Shown: positions 42,293 to 52,603 of the stretch, piece by piece | Numbering within the stretch: the stretch's first letter is position 1 | Layout: every line of letters begins with the position of its first letter | NCBI GenBank assembly: GCA_046048255.1 | Contig: JBJOGL010000001.1 | Coordinates: 68,850-132,849, forward strand | Length of the DNA stretch: 64,000 nucleotides | Direction of reading: 5' to 3' | DNA from: Actinomycetota bacterium | Lineage (GTDB): Bacteria > Actinomycetota > Actinomycetes > Nanopelagicales > Nanopelagicaceae | Notes under the pieces: model-generated | What the model saw: only the letters and a program-made list of their open reading frames with translations | What the model was told of the DNA's origin: nothing | Database searches by the model: none | Program-made: the position numbers and the translations under genes

Positions 42293-43377
42293 TACTCGCC
42301 CACCTTTGCAAGCTGGGCATCGATACGATTCATCAACCGTTCCTCAACGCTCTCGATTCCGATCTTGTTTACGATTTCGCCGAAGAAGCCTCGAATTACA
42401 AGCCTTCGCGCATCAGATATAGGAATTCCGCGAGACATCAAATAGAAGAGTTGTTCGTCATCAAATCGCCCGGTGGTGCTGGCGTGACCGGCTCCAACAA
42501 TCTGACCAGTTTCGATCTCGAGATTTGGGACTGAGTCTGCTCGCGCTCCATCAGTTAAAAGTAGATTCTTATTCAACTCATAAGTATCAGTGCCTTCAGC
42601 GTTTCCTCTGATGAAGACATCGCCAATCCAGACAGTACGCGCTTGTGCTCCGGCCAAGATTCCCTTATAAGTAACTCGGGACTTTCCATTTGGAATTCCG
42701 TGTTCTACGTGGACGCGATGCTCAAGATGCTGTCCATCCGTAGCAAAGTAGAGACCGAGTAGTTCGGCGTTGCCTCCCTGATCAGAGTATTCGACTGTCG
42801 GAAGGAGCCGAACCAACGAACCACCCACGGTTATGGTGATTGAATTGAAAGTTGCATCACGACCCACAATCGCATGGTGTCTTCCCAAGTGGACGGAGTT
42901 TTCATTCCATTCTTGAAGTGAGATGAAGGTTAGGTTAGCGCCAGCTTCCAGACGAATTTCGATTTCTTCGCCAATGGTTCCGGTTCCATCATTTTCCACA
43001 ACCACGGTGCATTTGCTATGCGCTCCAGCTGTGACGACGGTACGCGAGAGTTCTTTTTCAGAGCCAGCATCTCTTTTCAGGAATATTGGTTCTGCAATGA
43101 CAGCTTCGTTTTCAATCTTTAGATGGGTTACTTTCGAAGCTGTGGCACGCACTCGTTGAATGATCGCATCTTCGGTAGTCGATTTTGGCGGTAACTCCGC
43201 AGAAGTAACTGTTTCGATGTTGAATCCAGATCTTGGGCCACCGACAAGCGATATAGAGATTCGATCGCTTACTGCAGTAGCTGGATCATGTAGCCCGCTC
43301 AATCTCTTTAGGGGCGTAAAACGCCACGCTTCTTCTCGACCAGTAGGTGTCAAATAATTTGTAGGAAGTGCGCTCAT
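42292..43377 (-). CDS. sufD: Fe-S cluster assembly protein SufD
   Basis: 361 aa beta-helix protein with C-terminal [13 protein letters not shown]. Lies between sufB and sufC. Confidence 0.9.
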   Translation of the reverse strand: MSALPTNYLTPTGREEAWRFTPLKRLSGLHDPATAVSDRISISLVGGPRSGFNIETVTSAELPPKSTTEDAIIQRVRATASKVTHLKIENEAVIAEPIFLKRDAGSEKELSRTVVTAGAHSKCTVVVENDGTGTIGEEIEIRLEAGANLTFISLQEWNENSVHLGRHHAIVGRDATFNSITITVGGSLVRLLPTVEYSDQGGNAELLGLYFATDGQHLEHRVHVEHGIPNGKSRVTYKGILAGAQARTVWIGDVFIRGNAEGTDTYELNKNLLLTDGARADSVPNLEIETGQIVGAGHASTTGRFDDEQLFYLMSRGIPISDARRLVIRGFFGEIVNKIGIESVEERLMNRIDAQLAKVGE

Positions 43378-44789
43378 TATCCAACCGCGCCTTCCATTTG
43401 AAGTTCAATCAAGCGGTTTAGCTCAAGTGCGTACTCCATTGGTAATTCACGGGCGATTGGCTCGATAAATCCACGGACAATCATTGCCATTGCTTCATCT
43501 TCAGAAAGTCCGCGTGACATGAGATAGAAGAGTTGATCGTCACTTATCTTTGAAACGGTAGCTTCGTGGCCCATTGAGACATCATCTTCGCGCACATCTA
43601 CATATGGATATGTGTCTGATCGCGAGATTGTGTCTACAAGTAGCGCATCGCACTTCACAGTGCTCTTTGAATGGTGTGCGCCTTCTTGTATTTGAACTAG
43701 ACCACGATAAGAAGTTCTTCCACCGCCTCGAGCGACAGACTTCGAAACAATTGTTGAAGATGTGTATGGGGCAGCATGAACCATCTTGGCTCCCGCATCC
43801 TGATGTTGACCTTCTCCGGCAAATGCAATTGAGAGAGTTTCACCCTTTGCGTGTGGTCCCATCATGAAAACTGCTGGATATTTCATGGTCACTTTTGATC
43901 CAATATTTCCGTCGATCCATTCCATAGTTGCACCTTCAGCGCAGGTGGCGCGCTTGGTTACTAGGTTGTAAACGTTGTTGGACCAGTTTTGGATTGTTGT
44001 GTAGCGAACCCGAGCATTCTTCTTCACAACAATTTCAACGACTGCAGAGTGAAGTGAATCGGATGAGTAGATTGGCGCTGTGCAACCTTCTACATAGTGA
44101 ACATAAGAACCTTCATCGGCAATGATGAGAGTTCTCTCAAATTGACCCATATTCTCGGTATTGATTCGGAAGTAAGCCTGAAGCGGAATCTCTACGTGTA
44201 CTCCTTTTGGTACATAGATGAAGGATCCGCCTGACCAAACCGCTGTGTTGAGCGCGGCAAATTTGTTATCTCCGACCGGGATTACAGTTCCGAAATACTC
44301 TTTAAATAGATCTTCATGCTCTTTTAGTCCAGTGTCGGTATCAAGGAAGATCACGCCTTGCTCTTCTAGATCTTCACGAATCGAGTGATAAACAACTTCA
44401 GATTCATATTGAGCAGCTACTCCGGCTACTAAACGTTGCCGCTCCGCGTCTGGGATACCGAGCTTGTCATAGGTGTTCTTAATATCCTCTGGTAGTTCTT
44501 CCCAAGACTTGGCCTGCTTCTCGGTTGAGCGGACAAAATATTTGATGTTATCGAAATCGATGGTTGAGAGATCTGAACCCCAAGCTGGCATTGGCTTCTT
44601 ATCAAAGAGCGAGAGCCCCTTTAGCCGAAGGTCCAACATCCATTCTGGTTCACTCTTCTTTGAAGAGATATCACGAACGACATCTTCGTTGAGGCCTCGT
44701 TTACTAGTTGCGCCGGCGACATCCTTATCTGCCCAGCCATACTGATACTTACCGAGTCCCTCGAGTTCCGGATGGGTTGTTTGGCTCAT
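43377..44789 (-). CDS. sufB: Fe-S cluster assembly protein SufB (no intein)
   Basis: 470 aa: GKYQYGW N-terminus and ...[26 protein letters not shown]. Confidence 0.95.
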   Translation of the reverse strand: MSQTTHPELEGLGKYQYGWADKDVAGATSKRGLNEDVVRDISSKKSEPEWMLDLRLKGLSLFDKKPMPAWGSDLSTIDFDNIKYFVRSTEKQAKSWEELPEDIKNTYDKLGIPDAERQRLVAGVAAQYESEVVYHSIREDLEEQGVIFLDTDTGLKEHEDLFKEYFGTVIPVGDNKFAALNTAVWSGGSFIYVPKGVHVEIPLQAYFRINTENMGQFERTLIIADEGSYVHYVEGCTAPIYSSDSLHSAVVEIVVKKNARVRYTTIQNWSNNVYNLVTKRATCAEGATMEWIDGNIGSKVTMKYPAVFMMGPHAKGETLSIAFAGEGQHQDAGAKMVHAAPYTSSTIVSKSVARGGGRTSYRGLVQIQEGAHHSKSTVKCDALLVDTISRSDTYPYVDVREDDVSMGHEATVSKISDDQLFYLMSRGLSEDEAMAMIVRGFIEPIARELPMEYALELNRLIELQMEGAVG

Positions 44790-45532
44790 TTGCGCTTCTT
44801 CCTCTCGTTTGACTTACTTGATGCAGTTACATTTGATTTTTTAGGTTGTGGAATGAAAGTGGTACAAACTCCATCGCCATGTGCGATGGTTGCTAAGCGC
44901 TGCACATGAGTACCGAGGATCTCTGAAAAGGCTCTGGTCTCTTCATCGCACAATTGGGAAAACTCAGCGGCCACGTGGGCGATTGGACAATGATGCTGAC
45001 AGAGTTCGATACCGACTCCATGAGAGTGGGTGCTGGCCGCATAACCTTCTTTAGTCAAAAACTTTGCTAAGGAGCGGGTGCGATCTTTTGACGCGCTAAC
45101 TTCTAACTCAGCTTTCCTTGAAATTTCATCAGCGCGCTGTTTCGCAAAACCAGCAACGAGATGCTCTCCACCTTGTGCAGCGATGAAGCGAAGGGCAGAG
45201 ACCGCTAGATCGTCATACGAATGCTCAAACTGTTCTCGCCCTAAATCACTCATCACAAATACTTTTGATGGCCGACCGCGCATCCGAGCGCTGCGGGAAT
45301 GAGGTTCGCGCTCTTCCAAGATTCCATCTGCGATAAGCGAATCAAGGTGGCGCCGAATTCCTGCCGGGGTCATCTGTAATCGCTCTGCCAGAGCTACCGC
45401 CGTTGAGGGGCCCGACTCCAGAATTGCCCGAGCAACCTGGTCGCGGGTGCGCAGGTCTGGGGCGAGGCTGGTTTTCACAACGTTATTGTTGCGTAATTCA
45501 TCTCCCCCTGCCAATTGAAGAGCGACCCGCAA
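44786..45532 (-). CDS. sufR: SufR-like ArsR/DeoR-type HTH regulator with a Cys-rich C-terminus
   Basis: HTH ([24 protein letters not shown]). Cys cluster [18 protein letters not shown]...C. First gene of the suf operon. TTG start uncertain. Confidence 0.75.
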   Translation of the reverse strand: MRVALQLAGGDELRNNNVVKTSLAPDLRTRDQVARAILESGPSTAVALAERLQMTPAGIRRHLDSLIADGILEEREPHSRSARMRGRPSKVFVMSDLGREQFEHSYDDLAVSALRFIAAQGGEHLVAGFAKQRADEISRKAELEVSASKDRTRSLAKFLTKEGYAASTHSHGVGIELCQHHCPIAHVAAEFSQLCDEETRAFSEILGTHVQRLATIAHGDGVCTTFIPQPKKSNVTASSKSNERKKRK

Positions 45533-45558
45533 ATGACCTCGGACCGTAGGCTCTCCCC

Positions 45559-46446
45559 GTGCTCAAAAGCGTGACTGCGTTGAAACGCCTCTCTTCTTTA
45601 ATGGTTTTCACACAATCCGCGATTGTCGTGACCGGTGCATCGGTTCGAATAACTGGTTCTGGTTTGGGCTGCTCCACTTGGCCAGAGTGCACCCCCGGTT
45701 CCTTTACCCCGACTCCGGAACAACCAGAGTCCCCGCTACATGCATGGATTGAATTTGGAAATCGAATTCTAACTTTTGTATTACTAATTAATGCACTACT
45801 TCTCTTCGTTACCATTTTGCGAAATCGGCGGCGCGAGCTACGCAAATTAGGCGCCGTTCAGGTAATTGGAATTCTCGCCCAAGGTGTTTTAGGCGGAGTC
45901 ACAGTCTTAACGGGATTAAATCCTGCAACTGTGGCAGCACATTTCTTGCTCTCGATCGTCCTTATTGCAGCCGCACTCTCATTGCGTCAGCGAGCCCACG
46001 GAAAGACGCCGACCGATATCAAGTTAACGCCTTTAACTCGTCGCCTGGCCCGAGTGACTCTGACCCTAACTGCTTTAGTTATCTTTGCCGGGACAATAGT
46101 TACAGGAAGCGGTCCCCACGCGGGTGATGATTTGGCGGAACGTTTCAATCTAGATCCCAGAACCATGTCATGGATACATGCTGATCTCGTTATTGCGCTT
46201 GTTGGGGTAACGGTCGCGCTCTTGATAGCTACGCGCCTAGGCGAACCTGATTCAACCCGAGCGAGCTGGGGCGCTAGCGTCCGCAATTTTCTTCTGATCT
46301 GCCTAGCCCAAGGGCTGATTGGCTACACCCAGTACTTCACTGGACTTCCTGAATTGTTAGTCGGCTTTCACATTCTGGGCTCGGTTTTAGTGTGGCTATC
46401 AATCTGGAATCTCACGATTAAAGGTAATGTCCTGACCCGGTCATGA
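45559..46446 (+). CDS. ctaA: Heme A synthase (COX15/CtaA family)
   Basis: VVTGASVRITGSGLGCSTWPEC, multiple TM helices and conserved His. Start ambiguous: GTG 45559 or ATG 45601. Confidence 0.85.
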   Translation: MLKSVTALKRLSSLMVFTQSAIVVTGASVRITGSGLGCSTWPECTPGSFTPTPEQPESPLHAWIEFGNRILTFVLLINALLLFVTILRNRRRELRKLGAVQVIGILAQGVLGGVTVLTGLNPATVAAHFLLSIVLIAAALSLRQRAHGKTPTDIKLTPLTRRLARVTLTLTALVIFAGTIVTGSGPHAGDDLAERFNLDPRTMSWIHADLVIALVGVTVALLIATRLGEPDSTRASWGASVRNFLLICLAQGLIGYTQYFTGLPELLVGFHILGSVLVWLSIWNLTIKGNVLTRS

Positions 46447-48503
46447 AGCATCCGGAACGTTCTACCTGGTCCACGCTCGATGAGCGGTCTGTCGCCGTCG
46501 CTCGCGCTCTGGCAATGGACGCCGTCCAAAAAGTTGGCAATGGACATCCCGGTACCGCAATGTCCCTTGCGCCGGTTGCCTACACCTTATTTCAAAGATT
46601 TCTCCGTCATGACCCCAGTGATCCAAGATGGATTGCGCGTGATCGTTTCGTTCTCTCCTGTGGCCACTCTTCACTAACCCTTTACATCCAACTCTTCTTT
46701 AGCGGTTGTGGGTTGAAGCTCGATGACTTAAAATCGTTTAGAACTTGGGGCTCGCTAACTCCAGGACACCCCGAGTATGGACATACGCTCGGCGTTGAAA
46801 CAACTACGGGACCCTTGGGGCAAGGCGTTGCAAACGCTGTTGGAATGGCGATGGCGGCGCGTTACAAGCGCGGTTTATTTGATCCGGATGCTCCAATTGG
46901 TGAAAGCATCTTCGATCACAACATCTGGGTCATTTGTAGCGATGGCGATCTTCAAGAGGGTGTGAGCGCAGAGGCATCATCTCTCGCGGGTACTCAAGAA
47001 CTTGGGTCGCTAAAAGTTATCTACGACGATAATCGGATTTCAATTGATGGCGATACTCACCATACCTTCACCGAAGATGTTAGCGCTAGATATCGCTCAT
47101 ATGGCTGGAATGTAATTGAAGTTGAAGCGAAATCTGATGGCGATGTTGATAGAGATGCACTTGAAGGGGCCATGCAGCAAGCACTCGAAGAGAAAGTCCG
47201 CCCTACTTTAATTCGTTTAAGAACAGTCATTGCCTGGCCTGCGCCCAAAGCGCGCAACACTGCAAAATCACATGGTTCAGCTCTAGGTAGCGAAGAGGTC
47301 GCCGCAACCAAAGCGGTTTTAGGAATTCCAAGCGAAGATTTCTACTTTCCAAAAGAGGTTGAAGAACATGTTAAAAAGGTTTCTGCGCGCGCCGAAGTTC
47401 TCCGGCGGGAATGGAATGCGCAATTCGAGGCTTGGGCAAGAGCGAATCCCGAGCGAGCGGAGCTTCTAAATCGTCTTGAAAACGGCGAACTTCCAGATGG
47501 TTTTGATCAGGGAGCGCCTGTATTTGATAAAGGAAAAGAAATTGCGACGCGAAAAGCATCGGGAGAACTCATAAACCACTTTGCAAAATCAATGCCAGAG
47601 CTCGTTGGCGGTTCGGCTGACTTAGCCGAGAGCAATAACACTATGGTCGAAGGAGGTAGCGCATTCTTGCCTGCTACCTCAAAGATGGCTGGCGCTTCCC
47701 CTTACGGACGAAACATCTTTTTCGGTATCCGTGAGCATGCAATGGGAGCAATTCTCAATGGCATGGCCCTACATGGCGGACTCCGTCCGTATGCTGGAAC
47801 TTTTCTTGTATTTAGTGACTACATGCGCGGCGCCGTCCGACTCTCTGCCCTTATGGGCCTGCCCGTCACATACATTTGGACCCACGACTCCATTGGACTC
47901 GGCGAAGATGGTCCAACCCATCAGCCGATTGAACATATTGCTGCACTTCGAGCAATTCCAAACTTAGATGTTGTTAGACCCGCTGATGCAAATGAAGTAG
48001 CCGTGGTCTGGGGCAAGATTTTGAAGGGCAAGAGACCTGCTGGACTATTGCTATCACGTCAGAATCTTCCAGTTCTCGACCGTGCTAAATTCAACAGCGC
48101 AGATGGCGCAGCCAATGGCGCATATGCACTTAACAATGAGCCAAATCCCGAAATCATTCTGATTGCAACTGGATCTGAAGTTGCGCTAGCCCTAGCAGCA
48201 TCCGAAGCGCTACAAGGTAAAGGATTAAGAGTCAGGTTAATAAGTGCGCCTTGTATTGAGTGGTTTAATCTCCAGCCAAGGGAGTACCGTGAAAAACTTC
48301 TTCCCGCAAATGTTAAAGCGCGGGTGAGCATTGAGGCAGGTATAGCTCAAGGCTGGCGCGATTTAGTAGGCGATGCCGGTGAAACTATCTCCATTGAACA
48401 CTTTGGCGCTTCAGCTTCGCATACCGTGTTATTTAAAGAATTTGGTTTCACCGTTGAAAGAGTTGTAGCGGCGGCTGAGGCCTCACTCAAGCGAGTTCAC
48501 TAA
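46443..48503 (+). CDS. tkt: Transketolase
   Basis: 686 aa: GHPGTAMSLAP, DGDLQEGVS, and THDSIGLGEDGPTHQP. Confidence 0.96.
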   Translation: MKHPERSTWSTLDERSVAVARALAMDAVQKVGNGHPGTAMSLAPVAYTLFQRFLRHDPSDPRWIARDRFVLSCGHSSLTLYIQLFFSGCGLKLDDLKSFRTWGSLTPGHPEYGHTLGVETTTGPLGQGVANAVGMAMAARYKRGLFDPDAPIGESIFDHNIWVICSDGDLQEGVSAEASSLAGTQELGSLKVIYDDNRISIDGDTHHTFTEDVSARYRSYGWNVIEVEAKSDGDVDRDALEGAMQQALEEKVRPTLIRLRTVIAWPAPKARNTAKSHGSALGSEEVAATKAVLGIPSEDFYFPKEVEEHVKKVSARAEVLRREWNAQFEAWARANPERAELLNRLENGELPDGFDQGAPVFDKGKEIATRKASGELINHFAKSMPELVGGSADLAESNNTMVEGGSAFLPATSKMAGASPYGRNIFFGIREHAMGAILNGMALHGGLRPYAGTFLVFSDYMRGAVRLSALMGLPVTYIWTHDSIGLGEDGPTHQPIEHIAALRAIPNLDVVRPADANEVAVVWGKILKGKRPAGLLLSRQNLPVLDRAKFNSADGAANGAYALNNEPNPEIILIATGSEVALALAASEALQGKGLRVRLISAPCIEWFNLQPREYREKLLPANVKARVSIEAGIAQGWRDLVGDAGETISIEHFGASASHTVLFKEFGFTVERVVAAAEASLKRVH

Positions 48504-49597
48504 TGTCACTTGCACAGGTATCTGCAGCTGGAGTATCGGTCTGGCTCGATGATCTCTCTCGGGAACGAATGATTAAAGGTGGCAAAGCTAGTTTCCTTCC
48601 AGACTTAATAAGGGATGATTTTGTAGTTGGCGTTACTACCAATCCAGCAATCTTCTCCGCCGCTATTGCAAACTCTGATCTCTATCGGAGCGACATTGAT
48701 TCACTCTATCGAAGAGGATTAAACGCAGAATCAATCATTACCGAGTTAACAACCGCGGACGTCAAAAAAGCCTGCGAATTATTCCTTCCTGTCTTCGACC
48801 GAACTGAAGGCGTAGATGGGCGGGTAAGTATTGAAGTTGATCCGCGCCTAGCACGTGACACCAGCGGAACGATCAAGCAAGCTAAAGAACTATGGTCATT
48901 GGTCGGGTCTAAGAATGTTTTAATTAAGGTTCCAGCCACGGTAGAGGGCCTTCCAGCAATCAGAACATTAACCGCAGAAGGAATTAGCGTTAATGTAACA
49001 ATTATTTTCTCGGTATCTCGCTATGAAGCGGTCTTAGAAGCTTTTATCTTGGGTTTGGAGGATCGAATTTCAAAGGGTCTGCCAATCTCAGATATTCACT
49101 CAGTCGCATCATTTTTCATCAGTAGAGTTGATACTGAGATTGATGGACGTCTAAATGTTCCAGATCTTGAACCGTTAAAAGGTAGGGCTGCGCTTGCAAA
49201 TGCCCGCTTGGCATATGAGCATTTCCTAAAGGTCGAATCAAGCGAGCGTTGGGAAAAGATCTCCAGCGCTGGTGGAAATATCCAACGACCTCTTTGGGCA
49301 TCTACTGGAGTAAAAGATCCAAAATATCAGCCGACCATGTATGTCATGGAGCTAATTGCCGACAAGACCGTTAACACTATGCCTGAAGCCACGCTTAATT
49401 CGGTTCGCGCGAGCCAGGACTTTAATGGTGAGACGATTATGGGGAGATTCGATGAAGCTCGCGCCACGATGACCGAGCTATCCAGTGTCGGAATTGAGAT
49501 AGAGGATGTTGCAGAGAAGTTGGAACTTGAAGGAATTGAGAAATTCATTAAACCTTGGAATGAACTAATTCAAGTCGTTGAACGGACTAAAGGGTGA
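48503..49597 (+). CDS. tal: Transaldolase (long actinobacterial type)
   Basis: VWLDDLSRE N-terminus, GVTTNPAIF, and active-site region VLIKVPAT. Confidence 0.93.
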   Translation: MSLAQVSAAGVSVWLDDLSRERMIKGGKASFLPDLIRDDFVVGVTTNPAIFSAAIANSDLYRSDIDSLYRRGLNAESIITELTTADVKKACELFLPVFDRTEGVDGRVSIEVDPRLARDTSGTIKQAKELWSLVGSKNVLIKVPATVEGLPAIRTLTAEGISVNVTIIFSVSRYEAVLEAFILGLEDRISKGLPISDIHSVASFFISRVDTEIDGRLNVPDLEPLKGRAALANARLAYEHFLKVESSERWEKISSAGGNIQRPLWASTGVKDPKYQPTMYVMELIADKTVNTMPEATLNSVRASQDFNGETIMGRFDEARATMTELSSVGIEIEDVAEKLELEGIEKFIKPWNELIQVVERTKG

Positions 49598-51111
49598 TTC
49601 GACTTATTGGAGTAGAGCAGAAAAGCTCAAAGGTTGAACGGCTAAACGAGATTACTCCGAGATTGGCTGCGAAAGATCCGACTCTCTGGGGCCCTTCCGC
49701 AACTGCAGAAGCTTCGATAAGACTTGACTGGATCGACTTACCTGAAGCTTCGCGGGAATTACTACCAACCTTGGATGCGCTCTCGGCATGGTCGCGCGAG
49801 TTGGGACACCAGAATTTTATTTTGTGCGGCATGGGTGGCTCTTCTCTTGCACCTGAAGTTATCGCTGCACACTACAATCGCCCTTTAACTGTTCTTGACT
49901 CTACCCATCCGGAACAAATTAAGGATGCCCTCAGCTCGAATCTTTCCCAGAGTTGCATAATCATCGCCTCCAAATCAGGAAGCACAATTGAAACTTCGTC
50001 TCAGAAAGCGCTCTTCCAGGATGCCTTGGTAAAGGCAGGACTAGATCCCCGCAATCACATGGTGATTGTCACCGATCCTGATAGCCCTTTACATAAGTCG
50101 TCCGTTCAGGATGGTCTTAAAGTGGTTACGGCAAATCCAAAAGTTGGTGGGCGGTTTAGCGCGCTTAGCGCATTTGGGCTTACTCCAGCGGCGCTAATCG
50201 GCGTTGATGTCTCAGTCTTATTAGATGATGCTTATGAAGCTGCCCAAAAGTTTGCTGAACCAAACTCTGTTGCAGTCGAGTTAGCTTCCCTTCTCGCTGA
50301 ACCAGAGTTTGCATTCGCCAGGTTTTATGACAAGAGCTCACCATTTCCGGGACTTGCTGACTGGATTGAGCAACTCGTCGCTGAATCAACAGGAAAAGAC
50401 GGTCGCGGCGTTCTACCCGTTGTATTGACTGAGGCGCCAACAAGCGGAGAGCGGTATATATCCTTCGATGAAACGGGGTCGCTTGCAGTTCTCGGCGCAC
50501 TTGGATCCCAATTCATATTCTGGGAATGGGTGACTGCCCTTCTCTGCTATCTGATTGAAGTCGATCCATTTAATCAACCAAATGTTGCTGAATCTAAAGA
50601 GCGAACTGGCAAAATCATAGCGAACTGGCAAAACTTAAATATTCAACCAACCTATGAGAACGAATTTTTTGAGATTTACTCCAGTGAGAAGGGCGGCTCA
50701 ACTAGGGAGTATTTAGAGGGCTTGGCTCACGGGAAATACTTATCAATCATGGCCTACCTAAATCGTAATTCGGCCGGTGAGATTTTGAAGATGCGCCAGA
50801 TTTTGGAGAGAGCATTGAGTATCCCAACGACTTTTGGTTGGGGGCCAAGATTTCTCCACTCCACTGGACAATTCCATAAGGGTGGCCCACTCGTGGGATC
50901 TTTCCTTCAGATTACAAATACCCTCACAACTGATTTGCCTATACCGGGCGCTGGGTATGGTTTTGAAAGATTAGTAATTGCACAAGCTTTGGGTGACTAT
51001 GAAGCTCTTGCTACGCGAAAGCTGCCAGTAGTGCGGATAAATTTAAAGAGTGAAACGGCAGGGATAAATCAGTTAATCAAAATCGGAAAAGAACTGATTA
51101 AGAACTCTTAA
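49594..51111 (+). CDS. pgi: Glucose-6-phosphate isomerase (the type often found fused or adjacent to transaldolase)
   Basis: SIS motifs GMGGSSLAPEV and IIASKSGSTIET. GTG start in a GTGA overlap with the tal stop. Confidence 0.8.
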   Translation: MIRLIGVEQKSSKVERLNEITPRLAAKDPTLWGPSATAEASIRLDWIDLPEASRELLPTLDALSAWSRELGHQNFILCGMGGSSLAPEVIAAHYNRPLTVLDSTHPEQIKDALSSNLSQSCIIIASKSGSTIETSSQKALFQDALVKAGLDPRNHMVIVTDPDSPLHKSSVQDGLKVVTANPKVGGRFSALSAFGLTPAALIGVDVSVLLDDAYEAAQKFAEPNSVAVELASLLAEPEFAFARFYDKSSPFPGLADWIEQLVAESTGKDGRGVLPVVLTEAPTSGERYISFDETGSLAVLGALGSQFIFWEWVTALLCYLIEVDPFNQPNVAESKERTGKIIANWQNLNIQPTYENEFFEIYSSEKGGSTREYLEGLAHGKYLSIMAYLNRNSAGEILKMRQILERALSIPTTFGWGPRFLHSTGQFHKGGPLVGSFLQITNTLTTDLPIPGAGYGFERLVIAQALGDYEALATRKLPVVRINLKSETAGINQLIKIGKELIKNS

Positions 51112-51452
51112 TCTTCTTCAGCGCGTAATTTCTTCAAGGCCGACTCAAGAATCTTTTTAGCCTCTGCTTCAGTCCGACGTTCCTTTACATAAGCCAAGTG
51201 AGTCTTATATGGCTCATTCTTCATAGGTGATGGCGGATTGTTTTTATCTCGCCCGGCAGGGAAACCGCATCTTGGGCAATCCCATTCTTCTGGAATTGCA
51301 ACAGTTCCATCATCTGCAAATGAAGGCTTCGTCTCATGTCCATTTAAGCACCAGTATGAGATTCGGAAACGCGCAATCGCCTCACCGCGTTCGGCTTCGC
51401 CCATCGGGCCAGCGCCGACACGTGAACCTCTAATTGCACTACCACCGGCCAT
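51108..51452 (-). CDS. rbpA: RNA polymerase-binding protein RbpA
   Basis: ISYWCLNGHE...WDCPRCGFPAG...KTHLAYVKERRT: a zinc-ribbon-like core plus a sigma-interaction domain. Confidence 0.9.
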   Translation of the reverse strand: MAGGSAIRGSRVGAGPMGEAERGEAIARFRISYWCLNGHETKPSFADDGTVAIPEEWDCPRCGFPAGRDKNNPPSPMKNEPYKTHLAYVKERRTEAEAKKILESALKKLRAEED

Positions 51453-51490
51453 TTTTTCTCCTTAGAACTCTCCCACTAAATCTGAAACTC

Positions 51491-51718
51491 TTACTTAAGC
51501 ACTAGCCCTAGAGCAATTACTGACGCAAACCATAGGCCGCCGACGACAATCGTGATTCGATCTAGATTCTTCTCAACAACGGACGAACCGCCATAGGTTG
51601 AGGAGAGACCGCCACCGAATAGATCTGAAAGGCCGCTTCCTTTGCCTTTGTGTAGAAGCACAAGAACGATCATAAGAATGCTGGTGATCACGAGAAGGAT
51701 CGAGAGCGCCATTGCCAC
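51491..51718 (-). CDS. secG: Preprotein translocase subunit SecG
   Basis: 75 aa with two TM helices and LLHKGKGSGLSDLFGGG. Follows tpiA as in other Actinomycetota. Confidence 0.9.
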   Translation of the reverse strand: MAMALSILLVITSILMIVLVLLHKGKGSGLSDLFGGGLSSTYGGSSVVEKNLDRITIVVGGLWFASVIALGLVLK

Positions 51719-51785
51719 TTAAAAACTCCTACCTGGGTCTAAGAACGAAGGTCGAATATTACCTTGTCTGAGGGTCGCAGATGGC

Positions 51786-52562
51786 TCAGATGACCCTATG
51801 AAACTTACAGATGCGGGCAAATTCCTCTGGATCGAGACTGGCGCCTCCGACGAGCGCCCCATCAACATCGCTCTGCTTCATGATGTCGACGATATTGGCC
51901 GATTTCACCGATCCCCCATAAAGGATCCTTGCGCTCTCGGCAATTTCATCGCTCGCAATCTTTTTCAACTCATCTCTTATCGCGCTACAAACCTCTTGGG
52001 CGTCCTCGGGAGTAGCAGTTTTGCCTGTACCGATTGCCCACACTGGTTCATACGCAAAGACGATCTTCTTCAATTCTGGTTTATGAAAACCTTTCAATCC
52101 TGCTTTAACCTGATTTAAGACATGAGCAACATGGTTTCCTGCTTCACGGATAGACAACTCTTCTCCGATGCAGAAGATTGGGATCATCTCGTTATCCAGA
52201 ACTGCGCGCATCTTGCGATTAACTAACTCGTCGCCCTCGCCGTGAATCGCTCGACGCTCGGAGTGACCTACGAGAACATAGGTGCAATCAAGCTTCTTCA
52301 ACATAGAACCGGAGATGTCTCCGGTAAAGGCACCGGACTTCTCGGGCGAAATGTCCTGGGCGCCGTACGAAATCTTCAATCGATCGCCATCGACAAGCGT
52401 TTGAATGGAGCGAATATCAGTGAAGGGTGGAATCACTGCAACATCGACCGCCTCAAAGTCGCGATCCTCTAAAGAGTAAGCAAGCTTCTGGGTAACTGCA
52501 ATCGCTTCCAGATGATTCAAATTCATCTTCCAGTTGCCCGCAATCAGTGGCCTTCTACTCAT
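51786..52562 (-). CDS. tpiA: Triosephosphate isomerase
   Basis: [30 protein letters not shown]. Confidence 0.96.
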   Translation of the reverse strand: MSRRPLIAGNWKMNLNHLEAIAVTQKLAYSLEDRDFEAVDVAVIPPFTDIRSIQTLVDGDRLKISYGAQDISPEKSGAFTGDISGSMLKKLDCTYVLVGHSERRAIHGEGDELVNRKMRAVLDNEMIPIFCIGEELSIREAGNHVAHVLNQVKAGLKGFHKPELKKIVFAYEPVWAIGTGKTATPEDAQEVCSAIRDELKKIASDEIAESARILYGGSVKSANIVDIMKQSDVDGALVGGASLDPEEFARICKFHRVI

Positions 52563-52603
52563 AGATCAATCCTCTCACTTCGATTAAGAAAACAGCGCAA
52601 GAT

